Shown here one piece after another: positions 18,905-29,305 of a DNA stretch of 64,000 nucleotides (its first letter is position 1; each line of letters starts with the position of its first letter). The position numbers and the translations under genes are program-made. The notes beneath the pieces were generated by a model. That model worked only from the letters and a program-made list of their open reading frames with translations, had not been told where the DNA came from and did not search any database. Source of the stretch: a virus; the IMG/VR virus record IMGVR_UViG_3300042884_000193, positions 55,557 to 119,556 of that record; one strand, written 5' to 3'.

Positions 18905-21640
18905 CTACTCTTCTGCTCCAGCATCAAATCTATTTTTGTTCTCTCTAGCAATTTGCAGCTTGGTCATCGCAATATCTTTTTGAGTAGCAAGTTTCTCTTT
19001 TTCAAGGTCTAGTTTAGTAGATGCCTGTGAAGCTCTTGAAACTTCCTTATCTTGTTGAATCTGAGTGTTTTGTCTATATAACTCAGTATTCTGAAGTTTG
19101 TCCATAGCATCAACATAGTCACTTTGCTTGTTCTCATTGATGTCTTTCATTGAGCCAAAGCCTGCAGATTTGATCTGAGCTTGTAGAATATCAGCTTGAC
19201 GATTTTTCTCATTCTCAGCAGACTCAAACTCCATCTTCTGCTTAGCTTCATCTTGTTTAGCTTTGATAGCTTGATCTTGCATTTGTTGTTGCTGTTGCAT
19301 TTCTTCTTTACGCTTTTGCTCAGATTTAATCTCAGTAGCTTTAAGTACATTAGTAACTTCGGCAATAGACTCAGACTTCATAATATTACCAAGATCATAG
19401 ATTGACGCATTAGTTGTATTATTCTGAATAGCTAATTGTTTAAGCTGATCTAGTAATGCTCTTTGGTTAGAGCGCGTTGTGCAATATACATTAAAGTCTC
19501 TGAGCATTAGATCAGTACCGTTAATCTCAAAGTTAGCTTTTTCTTCAGCTGTTGTTATATATTGTAAGCGTACCGAGGGTTTGGTACTGTGATAATACTG
19601 GGATAAATCTGTACGCATAGAGTGTACACGTGGCATTAAATAATCACAGTGCTGTATAAAATATATTTCAGTTTGAGCATAAGATGAGTTTACAGCTTGT
19701 TCAACACCTGTTGCAGTTTCTTGTGATAACTGTTGTCCCATCCGTTGCGGAGTAATACCTATTGTCTCAAAAGCTTGCATCTTAAAGTAATTAGCCAACT
19801 GAATACGAGACATTAAGCGGTTAGTTTGCTCAAGGTCAAGTTTCTGATAGTGCTGGAAGGCAAGTGGATTTTCTGTATTACTGATAGATGTATCTAAGGG
19901 TAAGATCTGAAAATTCTTCATTGCAACATATGCTTTTGCATAAGCATTCTTACCCCAGTCTTCTCCAAGAGAATGTTTAGGTAAAGCATTCTGATCCAAT
20001 AAGATAACTGTTCCCAGTTCATCTATTAATATATCTGCAATCTGGTTATTTACAATGTTGTAGCCAATCTGAAATGGCTTCATTAAATCAATTAGGGAAG
20101 TAGATCTTGTATTACGGTCAGAGAATACGGAGCCCTCAATAGGAAGTTTACAACCATACAGAGAGTTGTCTCCTTTAAATTGAAACTTTATTGGCTTGAT
20201 TGCATTTTGGTTCACACCTAAATATATAGGATTAATACCTCCGGGAGATTTAGTTCCCCAGAAAGATGGCGCGTGAGGGCCAATCTTAACTCCACCCCAA
20301 ACCTCATTGATCCAGATCCAATCTATATGTTCACCAAACATTAGATTATTTTTGGTCTTATTTTTAATAAGGTTAGTATCATAGACAGGTTTATCTACAA
20401 CCTGATAGTCTTCTGTAATAACTTCATGTGATGCATTACCAAGATCATCAATCTTGGTTAAGTGCCCTACACGACGCTGCGATTTCCAATATACTGTAGT
20501 TACACGAAGCATATCTGTTAATCCCATGTCAAAGAAATCCTCTGACTCACTCATAATCCATTTAACAATATCTCCACCTACTGTAGAATTTTGCCACATG
20601 GATGTATATTGACGGTAACCAAGAGATGGCATTTCTGTATTCCACTCATGTGATTTAGTGCCATCATAGTAACTACCATCATTCTGATATCCCTGGATAG
20701 GATATCCCGCAGAGCGCACAGGATATATAAGCTCTAATGATTTAAGCTGATCCTCATTCATCAACCACCCATACTTGTCAACTACATCAGCAACAGACAT
20801 CATATCAAACTTACCAGCCCAACTTCCCTCTGATATATAACGTGTGTCTGGTGATTTATGGTAGAATGTTAATACTGGATTCCATAACTCAATATTATAG
20901 TCGTCCTCCATCATCTTAAAGTGCCAGAACTCACGGTCAGTAATAAGCATATCACGGAAAGCTCTTTCTTCAAGTTCTTCCATGTGAAATCTCTCAATAT
21001 CATTCAAGTGTTGGTGAGTAGCCCATTGCTCTACTATACCTGTATAACTTTTCTGAAAAAAGTTCTGTATCTCAGGTAATGTTTTAAGTTTATCTGGCGA
21101 TAGTACATCTTGATATTGTTTTTCATCAATATCATATCCCATATTTTGAAGATTAGTTTTAACCTTCAACTCTGCTTGTTTTAACAATAACTGCTCTACT
21201 TCAGTTCTCTTAGCCTCTAATTCTTCATTATATGAAATATCATCAACAGCTTTAAATATAACCTTTGTACTTCTCTTAGAAAATTCAGCAACAAGTGTAT
21301 TAATTACACTAGGAATAATAGGATAAAACTTAAGCTCTAATGCTGAAGTATCTTCTTTTGTAAGAACTTCTATCATGTCGGCATACTCATTATCCTGCTC
21401 TATGATATAGTCGGTTTTATCTATGATACCTTTAGCCAGCTTATAGTTCTTCATAAGGCGGCGAGCATTGCGACGGATTTGTTTTAATCCTTCCCATTCC
21501 AACCAGTCAAGGTTCCATGCAGCCCAAGCTTCATCTTTTTTGGAACGTGGCAAAAACTGAATAGGCTGATTAAGAGTACCCATTTTGTTGTACTCAACCT
21601 TGGCACCAGCCTTAACTTGCATTGCATTAAATATCTGCAT
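18905..21640 (-). CDS. Portal protein
   Basis: 911 aa after the terminase; LKFYPIIPSVINTLVAE and GITPQRMGQ motifs; Q-rich coiled-coil C-terminus. Confidence 0.85.
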   Translation of the reverse strand: MQIFNAMQVKAGAKVEYNKMGTLNQPIQFLPRSKKDEAWAAWNLDWLEWEGLKQIRRNARRLMKNYKLAKGIIDKTDYIIEQDNEYADMIEVLTKEDTSALELKFYPIIPSVINTLVAEFSKRSTKVIFKAVDDISYNEELEAKRTEVEQLLLKQAELKVKTNLQNMGYDIDEKQYQDVLSPDKLKTLPEIQNFFQKSYTGIVEQWATHQHLNDIERFHMEELEERAFRDMLITDREFWHFKMMEDDYNIELWNPVLTFYHKSPDTRYISEGSWAGKFDMMSVADVVDKYGWLMNEDQLKSLELIYPVRSAGYPIQGYQNDGSYYDGTKSHEWNTEMPSLGYRQYTSMWQNSTVGGDIVKWIMSESEDFFDMGLTDMLRVTTVYWKSQRRVGHLTKIDDLGNASHEVITEDYQVVDKPVYDTNLIKNKTKNNLMFGEHIDWIWINEVWGGVKIGPHAPSFWGTKSPGGINPIYLGVNQNAIKPIKFQFKGDNSLYGCKLPIEGSVFSDRNTRSTSLIDLMKPFQIGYNIVNNQIADILIDELGTVILLDQNALPKHSLGEDWGKNAYAKAYVAMKNFQILPLDTSISNTENPLAFQHYQKLDLEQTNRLMSRIQLANYFKMQAFETIGITPQRMGQQLSQETATGVEQAVNSSYAQTEIYFIQHCDYLMPRVHSMRTDLSQYYHSTKPSVRLQYITTAEEKANFEINGTDLMLRDFNVYCTTRSNQRALLDQLKQLAIQNNTTNASIYDLGNIMKSESIAEVTNVLKATEIKSEQKRKEEMQQQQQMQDQAIKAKQDEAKQKMEFESAENEKNRQADILQAQIKSAGFGSMKDINENKQSDYVDAMDKLQNTELYRQNTQIQQDKEVSRASQASTKLDLEKEKLATQKDIAMTKLQIARENKNRFDAGAEE

Positions 21641-21645
21641 ATCTT

Positions 21646-23859
21646 TTATCTAAAATTTTTAAATGGACTTCTTGGTAACTTCATACCACTAAAGCTCTTG
21701 TCACCCCCACCAATATGACGGAAAGGGCTCATATTCAATTTACTGAATTTATCGTTGTTATCCAAGCTTTTTGGTTTACCGCTATCTTCAAATCTTTTTT
21801 TATAACCTCTATTTGCTTGTTGAACTTTTGCAAAAGCTACTAAAGCAGCAAAAGCTACAAGTCTATCTACGTTAACTCCTTCTCTATAAGCTTGCATTTC
21901 TTTAAGCAACATGATGTCTGGTATACGCTCTATACCATAGGTAGTCTTAACTACTTTACCATCAGCTGTTGTTTCTTCATGTAGCTCCTCACGTAAGAAT
22001 TCAATAGCATAACTTACCATATGACTTTTAAATAAAGTCCCTGTATTACGCCAGCCGTATTCCTGGAATACATTAGCGTTAGCTCCTATATCTTTCAAGA
22101 ATAGAATCTGCTGTCTTGGAACTAAATACTTTTGCTTCTTACGGTTAATCATATGTGTGATAAACTGTGGAATATTATTCTCAACAATAGTCCAGGCATT
22201 GTACCACTCAATAATAAGTTCTAATCTCTCATGTGTTTTATTGATATCATCAAAGCGGCCACACCAAGCAGCTACTAGTTTATCCTGCTCAATAGCAGTC
22301 TCTACCTCATCACCGTCTCTCCTTGTTACTTCTACAGATGTTTTATACACATAGATGGCGCACAAGGACTCTGATGTAGTAGTTTTACCTTCTCCCACGG
22401 GATCGACAGATGCATAATACATCCCAAATTCAGGATCCTTGCAGGGTCTTTCATATACAACAACACATCCTGTTTTATCCTCTGTGTCTTTTGTAATAGG
22501 AAAATCCTTGATAGGTAATTTGTTAGTCTCCTTTGCAGTTATCTTACCATTCTCATCTTTATATATCTCAAGGTGCTCATAAGGATAAATCTTTTCTTCA
22601 ATTCTTCTCATTTGAGCAACAACCAAATGCTGAGGAAATGCAGATGCTGTTCTAAAATCAAAAGCTTCTTTAATATTTCTAGGATGCTGTGATATACGAA
22701 GCTGATATTCTGCCGGATCTAATTCTCTTTTCCATGCCGCAAATTGTTCATCCAATGCAACAAGAGCTTCTTCTACTTTAGAGTTACCAAAAGAATCTAT
22801 AAATGGGGGCATTGACCATTGTTCAGGAATAAACAAACCTGTTCTACCATGCACACCGGTCTCATCAATTAATCTTGATTCTACTGCATATATATCATTA
22901 GCATCAGGCCTGATAATCATTTTACGTAAAGGCTCACACTGAGACAAATCTCCTACAGAACCTGCAGCAATAAACATTCCCGTAGTCATGAATCCTGATT
23001 TCATAGCAGGGCGTATGTACTCAAATGTTGTATCCATCTTAGGAGCAATACCTGCTTCCTCATGGAAAAAATACCTGCACGGTCCCCCTACACCATTGGT
23101 AGGATCTTTCTCAAAAGACATACCCTGGAGTACACCTTTAAGACCTATTTCTGTTTTACGTTTCTGAATACCTGTGGTTATCTCAATCTTCTGTTGCCAC
23201 ATCATAACCTTATTAGGATTCATAGGGCGGTACCAGGCAGTGTGTTGATTTAAAAAAGCCTCGTATTCATTTAAGAATTTCCAAGTTCCTTTCTCATTAA
23301 TATAGTCTTTAAGACTAGCTCCCATTTTAAGAGTAACCCCTTCCTCAAACCAGATCTGATTTATAAACTTACCAGCATGATAATAGGATGATGCAATTTG
23401 ACGTTTCTTTAATATGGCGGCATGTTTAAAGTTTAATTCAGCCAGCATCTCATATAACGCCATATGATACTGAGCATCTCTGACATCAGCAAAACCATAT
23501 TTTTGAATCTCTTTATTAAAGATAGGTAAGAAGTTTAACCACATATAATAGTCACGTGGTATATACCAGGCATTGCCATTATTTTTATATATAGCTCCTA
23601 AACGACATTTATCTTTTTGATCATTCCAGTATTGTATGTAGTCTTTAGTACCCTGAGGAAATTGACAATAAAAACCTTTAGCATTAAAGTTTCTTGCCTC
23701 AGCATTGAATACAAGACTTGTTTCATCAAACTGATATTGACCCGGCTCTTTAAATATGCTAAAAACAAAATCTCTAAAATCATCATGAGTAGCAAAGAGG
23801 GTCATTGACCACTCTCCATTTTCCCATGTAGGAATTTCTATATCTGTTTGTTGTAGCAT
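21646..23859 (-). CDS. terL: Terminase large subunit
   Basis: Walker A-like LKKRQIASSY, Walker B FFHEEAG, RNase H-like YYASVDPV and NVDRLVA. Confidence 0.9.
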   Translation of the reverse strand: MLQQTDIEIPTWENGEWSMTLFATHDDFRDFVFSIFKEPGQYQFDETSLVFNAEARNFNAKGFYCQFPQGTKDYIQYWNDQKDKCRLGAIYKNNGNAWYIPRDYYMWLNFLPIFNKEIQKYGFADVRDAQYHMALYEMLAELNFKHAAILKKRQIASSYYHAGKFINQIWFEEGVTLKMGASLKDYINEKGTWKFLNEYEAFLNQHTAWYRPMNPNKVMMWQQKIEITTGIQKRKTEIGLKGVLQGMSFEKDPTNGVGGPCRYFFHEEAGIAPKMDTTFEYIRPAMKSGFMTTGMFIAAGSVGDLSQCEPLRKMIIRPDANDIYAVESRLIDETGVHGRTGLFIPEQWSMPPFIDSFGNSKVEEALVALDEQFAAWKRELDPAEYQLRISQHPRNIKEAFDFRTASAFPQHLVVAQMRRIEEKIYPYEHLEIYKDENGKITAKETNKLPIKDFPITKDTEDKTGCVVVYERPCKDPEFGMYYASVDPVGEGKTTTSESLCAIYVYKTSVEVTRRDGDEVETAIEQDKLVAAWCGRFDDINKTHERLELIIEWYNAWTIVENNIPQFITHMINRKKQKYLVPRQQILFLKDIGANANVFQEYGWRNTGTLFKSHMVSYAIEFLREELHEETTADGKVVKTTYGIERIPDIMLLKEMQAYREGVNVDRLVAFAALVAFAKVQQANRGYKKRFEDSGKPKSLDNNDKFSKLNMSPFRHIGGGDKSFSGMKLPRSPFKNFR

Positions 23860-23860
23860 A

Positions 23861-24382
23861 TTAAGTCATTTGGTCATAAGCAAGTCCAGCACCCCCGCGC
23901 GCACGACCTGCTTGTTCTTCTTGAAGGTCTTTATAAGCACCTTTATAAGCTTCTCTAATTTGTTGAAACTTAGCCGCTGTATTTGTAAGAGCCGTAAGAT
24001 TACCATCTCTACCATCTGTAATACTTGTTGTACCCATATAGTTAGCCAGCCTATCAAGCATTTGTTTAATACCATTATAAGCTCTCATAGTTGGTGTCTC
24101 ATAAAGCTTCTTACAAAGCTGTAAAGCTCCTGGAATACCATCATCCTCAGGACTAAATTCCGCTTTGATCTCAGCTAATATAATCTCTTCTTTGTCATCT
24201 TCTGCAAGATTGAAAAAAGGATTTAGATCTGGATTAGGACAGCTCATATAAAAAAGATACAGATATATCTTCAAATGATCCTCTGGATAGTCATCCATAA
24301 TTTTCTTTAAAGTACTTATAGTGTAGCAGTGTTCACTAGGAACTACCACTCCATTTTGCATATCAAATAGTTTTACCAGCAT
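23861..24382 (-). CDS. Conserved hypothetical protein upstream of terL (terminase small subunit candidate)
   Basis: 173 aa, predicted helical, adjacent to terL; function inferred from position only. Confidence 0.45.
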   Translation of the reverse strand: MLVKLFDMQNGVVVPSEHCYTISTLKKIMDDYPEDHLKIYLYLFYMSCPNPDLNPFFNLAEDDKEEIILAEIKAEFSPEDDGIPGALQLCKKLYETPTMRAYNGIKQMLDRLANYMGTTSITDGRDGNLTALTNTAAKFQQIREAYKGAYKDLQEEQAGRARGGAGLAYDQMT

Positions 24383-25187
24383 TTCTCATTGTATTTATAA
24401 TACTAATCACCTCATTTTTGAGGTAAGGCACCTCATATTCAACTATTCCACTCACAACAGGCTCACCAAACTGATCATATAAAACAACTCTATTATCATA
24501 AGCATCTTTACCAGCTTCCTCAAACAATATGTGTTCTATAATCATCATCCCTGGCTTTAATCTAGGGTTATGTTTAAGAATCATATACATATAGAAACTT
24601 AACTGTAATGCATAATGGTTAAGATTACAATCATCCAAATGATGGAGTGGAGCAAGCATTCTATCACTAACTCCTTCCCAATTAACATAAGACTCAGTCT
24701 TAATTTCTTTATTAGTCTTGTAATCATATATATTGACCTTTCCGTTAATTACTTCTATTCTATCTGCTTGACCACATAGTCCCGCACTCTTAAGATACGT
24801 CATATGCTCAGGATATATACCATCTGCAAGTTTTTGATCAGGTGCCTTTTTAATCCCATCAACTTCAATAGGTTTAAAAATAGGTATAATACAACCATCT
24901 TTTTCTATAGTGCTACATGATGTATAAGCAAGCTCTCTTTGGTTATGATACCATGTGCCTAGATTAACAGCTTTTTGTGATTCATTTCTCCAAGCTTCTT
25001 TAACATCAGTTTCTGTCATACCATACCATTTGCTCCAATTGTTCTTAACAGATTTAGCAGCTATAATATCAGCATCAAAAGGTTTCTTATATTTAGATAT
25101 GATGCTTGTTACGCTAGTCCATGTGATATTATCACTGGTATCTATGCTTGTATAACTATGTGTCTCGGGTTTAAATACTATTGCCAT
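24363..25187 (-). CDS. PD-(D/E)XK exonuclease-family protein
   Basis: GTWYH...PEH...GQADRI...IYDYKT...HYALQLSFY motifs. Confidence 0.8.
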   Translation of the reverse strand: MAIVFKPETHSYTSIDTSDNITWTSVTSIISKYKKPFDADIIAAKSVKNNWSKWYGMTETDVKEAWRNESQKAVNLGTWYHNQRELAYTSCSTIEKDGCIIPIFKPIEVDGIKKAPDQKLADGIYPEHMTYLKSAGLCGQADRIEVINGKVNIYDYKTNKEIKTESYVNWEGVSDRMLAPLHHLDDCNLNHYALQLSFYMYMILKHNPRLKPGMMIIEHILFEEAGKDAYDNRVVLYDQFGEPVVSGIVEYEVPYLKNEVISIINTMRNAGKTI

Positions 25188-25497
25188 CGGTTTCTAGTTT
25201 AGCGTTTAAATCATCCTCTTCTTCTTCACTCATTACTGCAAACCATCTACCTTTAGGACAGGCTGAAGATAGACTGCGAGTTTTATATTTAAGGGAACAG
25301 CCACAATCACTGCAACACGGTTGAGTTCCAGGTACCTCACATTTATCACCTTTAAGATCTATTAAAGGACACGTACTACATATATCATTTCTGTAACTAG
25401 CAATTCTCTCAATCTTCTTGCGAGTAAAATAGTAATTAAAAACTCCCTCTAAGATGAGCCACTTAGTCTTCCAGATTTTTTTGAGTTTGCTTATCAT
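25171..25497 (-). CDS. Cys-rich putative Zn-binding protein
   Basis: CSTC...C...CCSDCGC...CPKGRW. Confidence 0.6.
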   Translation of the reverse strand: MISKLKKIWKTKWLILEGVFNYYFTRKKIERIASYRNDICSTCPLIDLKGDKCEVPGTQPCCSDCGCSLKYKTRSLSSACPKGRWFAVMSEEEEDDLNAKLETDGNSI

Positions 25498-25843
25498 TTT
25501 TATGTTGGTTTTTCTTTTCTATATACTCATCCATAATTCCTTTAGCTCTGTTATATCTCTTTAGTTTTTCTACATAACTATTATAGATGTTATATTTAAC
25601 AAAGCTTTTAGGGGGATCTTGTGCTACTTCCTTTTTAGCAGACTCAATCTTCTTATTAAGGATGTTATATCTAAGGGTAAATGTACCGAGATTTGGTAAC
25701 CTTATAAAGGGATGCTCAATTTCTCCTAGGGTTTTTCTTACATGTACCCAGTAGAAATCTACAACATCCTTTACAAGATCAGGGCTTTTTTTAAGAGCTT
25801 TAGCTGTAGCGCTACTCAGATCCTTTGCTTTCTTGGGGTTCAA
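25463..25843 (-). CDS. HU/IHF-like DNA-binding protein
   Basis: VKDVVDFYW...IRLPNLGTF resembles the HU signature. Confidence 0.55.
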   Translation of the reverse strand: MNPKKAKDLSSATAKALKKSPDLVKDVVDFYWVHVRKTLGEIEHPFIRLPNLGTFTLRYNILNKKIESAKKEVAQDPPKSFVKYNIYNSYVEKLKRYNRAKGIMDEYIEKKNQHKNDKQTQKNLED

Positions 25844-26201
25844 ATCTTATAAATTTATAGTCCAATAAAATATTACCTGTAGTTTGCACAACAATTTCCT
25901 TAGAGATTTTGATTTTTTTACGGTTTTTTCCAACCTTTACAAAATCAATAAGTCCTTTGCGCTCAGCCTTTGCAACAGCATTTCTAACTGACTGACTACA
26001 ACCAAATATGTTATTGTCAGCAGCCGTATTACAAAAATCAGTAAGTTCTGTTTCACCAGAAATAGCAAGCATAGATAAGCAGCTCAAGTCCAGATCAGAA
26101 ACTTTAATGTTCTTTATAAAGCAATGAGTGATGAATTGGAGTTTTACAATCTCCCATAAGTCCATCCTCACTTTTTTTTGTACTTGATTTACTATAGCCA
26201 T
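25812..26201 (-). CDS. Winged-helix-like DNA-binding protein (putative)
   Basis: SQSVRNAVAKAERKGLI helix-wing pattern. Confidence 0.45.
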   Translation of the reverse strand: MAIVNQVQKKVRMDLWEIVKLQFITHCFIKNIKVSDLDLSCLSMLAISGETELTDFCNTAADNNIFGCSQSVRNAVAKAERKGLIDFVKVGKNRKKIKISKEIVVQTTGNILLDYKFIRFEPQESKGSE

Positions 26202-26204
26202 GAC

Positions 26205-26468
26205 TTATTTCTCAGCTTTTAGTTTACGGCCTTGTTGAGGAATAGGCTGCTCTTTAGATTCTGCTGCATGTGAATCAGGACCTGCTTCAATTTGAGCTAT
26301 CTTCATAGCAGCATACAAGCGTCTAGCTCTAAGTTCTTCTAACTCAGTAATAGCAGTCTCATAACGCTTTTGAGCTTCAAGTAATTCCATCTGAGAATCA
26401 AAGTATTTAATCATCTCAGCTTTTCTCTCCTCAATCATTTCAGGAGTAATTGTTTGTTGGTTTTCCAT
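26205..26468 (-). CDS. Hypothetical coiled-coil protein
   Basis: 87-aa ORF directly downstream of a consensus promoter. Confidence 0.6.
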   Translation of the reverse strand: MENQQTITPEMIEERKAEMIKYFDSQMELLEAQKRYETAITELEELRARRLYAAMKIAQIEAGPDSHAAESKEQPIPQQGRKLKAEK

Positions 26469-26491
26469 AATTTTAAATATTTAGATTTAAA

Positions 26492-26521
26492 CAAATATAG
26501 GTGAAAAGTTTAAACTTACAA
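26492..26521 (-). promoter_or_regulatory. Bacteroidota sigma-A type promoter (-33/-7)
   Basis: Minus strand reads TTG-N19-TATATTTG, matching the TTG...TAnnTTTG consensus. Confidence 0.65.
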
Positions 26522-26529
26522 CATTTAAA

Positions 26530-26575
26530 CAAAAAAAAAGACCCGCTAGCAGATCTTACGGTATGCTAGACGGGT
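26530..26575 (-). terminator. Rho-independent terminator
   Basis: acccg-ctagca...tgctag-a-cgggt stem followed by a U-run on the minus strand. Confidence 0.7.
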
Positions 26576-26591
26576 ACCTAATACTTAAGAG

Positions 26592-26945
26592 TTAAGCTCG
26601 TTTACCGTCTTCTTCTCTCTTAGCCTTTATATATCCTGTTAACTCAGCAATGTTAGTACTCAACTGAGTCATGTGCGTAGTAAGGTTATCCATCTTTAGA
26701 TCAAGCTTCTCGTGAGCAGCTTTCTGATCTTCTTTAAGTATTTCCATTCTATTATAGATGCTTGTCTCTTTAGCCATAAGATCTGTTTCTAGGGAGTCCA
26801 TGTCACTTGCGAGTTTATCCACCTTCCCTTTCAACTTCCCTAGTTCCTGCTTAAGAGCATAATATGCTGATAAACCTGCACCTATTGTCATCACTATCCA
26901 GATAACATCTTTAGTGGTAAATACCCACGCTTCTGCTGATCCCAT
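26592..26945 (-). CDS. Membrane-anchored coiled-coil protein (holin/spanin-like candidate)
   Basis: N-terminal hydrophobic helix VIWIVMTIGAGLSAYYAL followed by a coiled coil. Confidence 0.5.
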   Translation of the reverse strand: MGSAEAWVFTTKDVIWIVMTIGAGLSAYYALKQELGKLKGKVDKLASDMDSLETDLMAKETSIYNRMEILKEDQKAAHEKLDLKMDNLTTHMTQLSTNIAELTGYIKAKREEDGKRA

Positions 26946-27496
26946 TATAATTTCTTTAGAGGGTTAATAATTGCTGGTCCCATAGAAAGTGTTGTTCCTA
27001 CATTATTTAAAGTTACAGCAAAAATAATATATATCGGTTGTGTAATATCAAAAATAGTCGAGTTCGTATATCCCCCAGGTAATGTTGCTGTTGAAGTATT
27101 TTGCACATTAGTATTACTTGTAATACGAGTCATAGCATTAGCCGCACCCCCTGATGTAGAATTAATACCAAAGGCATAAGCTGCGGTACCAGTTGAAGCT
27201 CCGGCACTTAGTCCACCACCTAATTGAATAGGACTACCTGATAAATTAGTAGTATTGTTCATATAAACCAGCATGCTTGTAGCACCTGTTCCCGCATAGT
27301 TTATAGCTGCTTCTACACTTCCAAAATCTTTATTTCCTACATTCCAATAATTACCAATCGTTAACGTATTAGCAGGTATAGTTAAAATCTTTACAATAGT
27401 TTGAGTTAATGTTCCTGTTAAAGTTGTAAACGTTGTATCAGATACGGCAGCTATAGGTAACTGATTAATAGATGGTATTTGTATTTGCGTACTCAT
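26945..27496 (-). CDS. Fibre/decoration-type beta protein
   Basis: Rich in T/G/A; IPANTL motif; lies in the fibre cluster. Confidence 0.45.
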   Translation of the reverse strand: MSTQIQIPSINQLPIAAVSDTTFTTLTGTLTQTIVKILTIPANTLTIGNYWNVGNKDFGSVEAAINYAGTGATSMLVYMNNTTNLSGSPIQLGGGLSAGASTGTAAYAFGINSTSGGAANAMTRITSNTNVQNTSTATLPGGYTNSTIFDITQPIYIIFAVTLNNVGTTLSMGPAIINPLKKL

Positions 27497-27527
27497 AATT
27501 ATGCTTGGTTATAGATTGTAAATATAG

Positions 27528-28445
27528 TTACACTAGTGAAATAATTAATAACTCTCCACCTGCTCCTGTAGCATTGTAAGCTACAGAACCTAGTGTATTA
27601 TTAATAGCTCCGGCATCAAAGTTCATTGTTTCACCAGGTTTTAGTGTAACACCACCAACAGTTGCATTGATAGTTCCTACATTAGCAAATGACATAGAGT
27701 ATCTACCTGCGGGTATAGTACCTGATGTACCTGCAGGTCTTAGGAAAGTAGGAGTTCTTTGAACACCTGCTTGATCACTAGCAATAGCAACTGATATAGA
27801 GTTAGCCATTGTCTGTTGACCTTCATTAGGTAATGCTCCGATATTCACAGTACCATCTACAGTAATAGAACCTCCACCATCTGAAATATTAACGTGTCCA
27901 CTTGCATTTACCTCAATAGTTTGCTGAATTCCACCAGCTGTAACACCTGCTACAAGAAAAGAATTTGGAGGTGCTGTAACCCCATCTGTTCCTACGCAAT
28001 TATCTATAAGTTGAACACTAGTTTCAATCTTAGTAAGAGTCTCATTACCAGCTTCAATAGCCCCTAATATAAGTGCTAATACAGCAGAAGGATCTGCATA
28101 TACTAAACATCCTGGAGTAGCTGCCCCTGGAGGAACTACAGGTGTTGTACTACCTGGTAGATAGTATGTAATCGGACCCCAGGTAGATGTATCAGGATTC
28201 CATACCCGTACCTCTAAATATACTGTATCACCATTACAAGTATCTACTGTAAATTTAGCTTCATACTCTGTACTAGCTTGAAGTGTAGTAAGTATTGATG
28301 AAAGTATAAATTCTACATCATCGGTATTAGCATCAATAATTTTAAGTTGATCACAAGTACATTGAAGTCCTTGTAATACTTTTAACTCGTAGTTAAAGTT
28401 AGAGCCTTTATCTCCTTCTTTTGGGTTTCCGTTTCCTAGTGACAT
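27528..28445 (-). CDS. Virion fibre-like protein
   Basis: 305 aa; ISDGGGSITVDG and GQQTMANSISVAIASDQ fibre-shaft motifs. Confidence 0.55.
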   Translation of the reverse strand: MSLGNGNPKEGDKGSNFNYELKVLQGLQCTCDQLKIIDANTDDVEFILSSILTTLQASTEYEAKFTVDTCNGDTVYLEVRVWNPDTSTWGPITYYLPGSTTPVVPPGAATPGCLVYADPSAVLALILGAIEAGNETLTKIETSVQLIDNCVGTDGVTAPPNSFLVAGVTAGGIQQTIEVNASGHVNISDGGGSITVDGTVNIGALPNEGQQTMANSISVAIASDQAGVQRTPTFLRPAGTSGTIPAGRYSMSFANVGTINATVGGVTLKPGETMNFDAGAINNTLGSVAYNATGAGGELLIISLV

Positions 28446-28459
28446 AGTTTTATAATTTT

Positions 28460-28642
28460 TTAAGCTCTCTTTGGAGCATCTTGAGGATTTGCATAAAGTG
28501 CTAACTTTTCACGTGTATTAGGCTCTACCTTATCCTGATAACATGTTATTGGACGGCCTCCTATAGGAGCTTTACATCCTGCTGATTTAGAACCAGGTAC
28601 ACTGTTATAATATTCTTCTAATGATCCTTTTCTTAATGACAT
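28460..28642 (-). CDS. Hypothetical protein
   Basis: 60-aa ORF filling the gap in the operon. Confidence 0.5.
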   Translation of the reverse strand: MSLRKGSLEEYYNSVPGSKSAGCKAPIGGRPITCYQDKVEPNTREKLALYANPQDAPKRA

Positions 28643-28656
28643 ATGTTTAAGTTTTA

Positions 28657-29304
28657 TTAGTTAAAGTAAACTAGTGTTTGGTCAGACATAAACTCAATAT
28701 CTATGTATGCTGTACCTACCCAAGATGCTCCAGCAGTTGCTACAATAGATACAAAGTAGTCATCAAGACCTGCTATTGTATTATCCAGTACAATCGTTGC
28801 AAATGTAAGTGGTATAGCTGCTCCTGTACTTGCGTTTTTTACTAAAGCGTTTACTGTAAACTTACCAGATACTCCATTATATGTAGTTACGCCAAGAGCG
28901 CCAATCACACTAGCATCATTAATTAATCTAAGTCTAGTATCTCCTGATATTACACCAATTAGGTATGAATAAGACGATTGACCTATCCCATTAAAGTTTA
29001 CAATACCACCTAATTTGTAAGTATTGTATAATAGTGGACCGCTTGTAATAGTATCAGGTAACTGTATAAAATCACTTTCTGCTTCTGGATCTAATATACC
29101 CGTTACATAGTTCATTTGAGTACCCGGAGCAGGTACTATAGATGCAGCAAAATCTTCTACGGTCATACCATAAGACTGGTACTTGTCTCCGCGTTTAGCG
29201 TAAGTTACGTTGTTACCAAGAATTACAAGATCTTGTGTAGGATCTTGTACTGTAGTTTTTACTAGTTTGTTTTTGAGTAGGTATACCCAGTTTAAAATAT
29301 CCAT
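28657..29304 (-). CDS. Fibre paralogue 3 (MDILNW family)
   Basis: Shares a roughly 50-aa N-terminus with 29306 and 29983. Confidence 0.65.
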   Translation of the reverse strand: MDILNWVYLLKNKLVKTTVQDPTQDLVILGNNVTYAKRGDKYQSYGMTVEDFAASIVPAPGTQMNYVTGILDPEAESDFIQLPDTITSGPLLYNTYKLGGIVNFNGIGQSSYSYLIGVISGDTRLRLINDASVIGALGVTTYNGVSGKFTVNALVKNASTGAAIPLTFATIVLDNTIAGLDDYFVSIVATAGASWVGTAYIDIEFMSDQTLVYFN

Positions 29305-29305
29305 C

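Noticed and set aside
21646-23859. Intron or intein in the terminase, or in DnaB
   Set aside because: The ORFs are continuous, motif spacing is plausible, and no intein terminal motifs were seen
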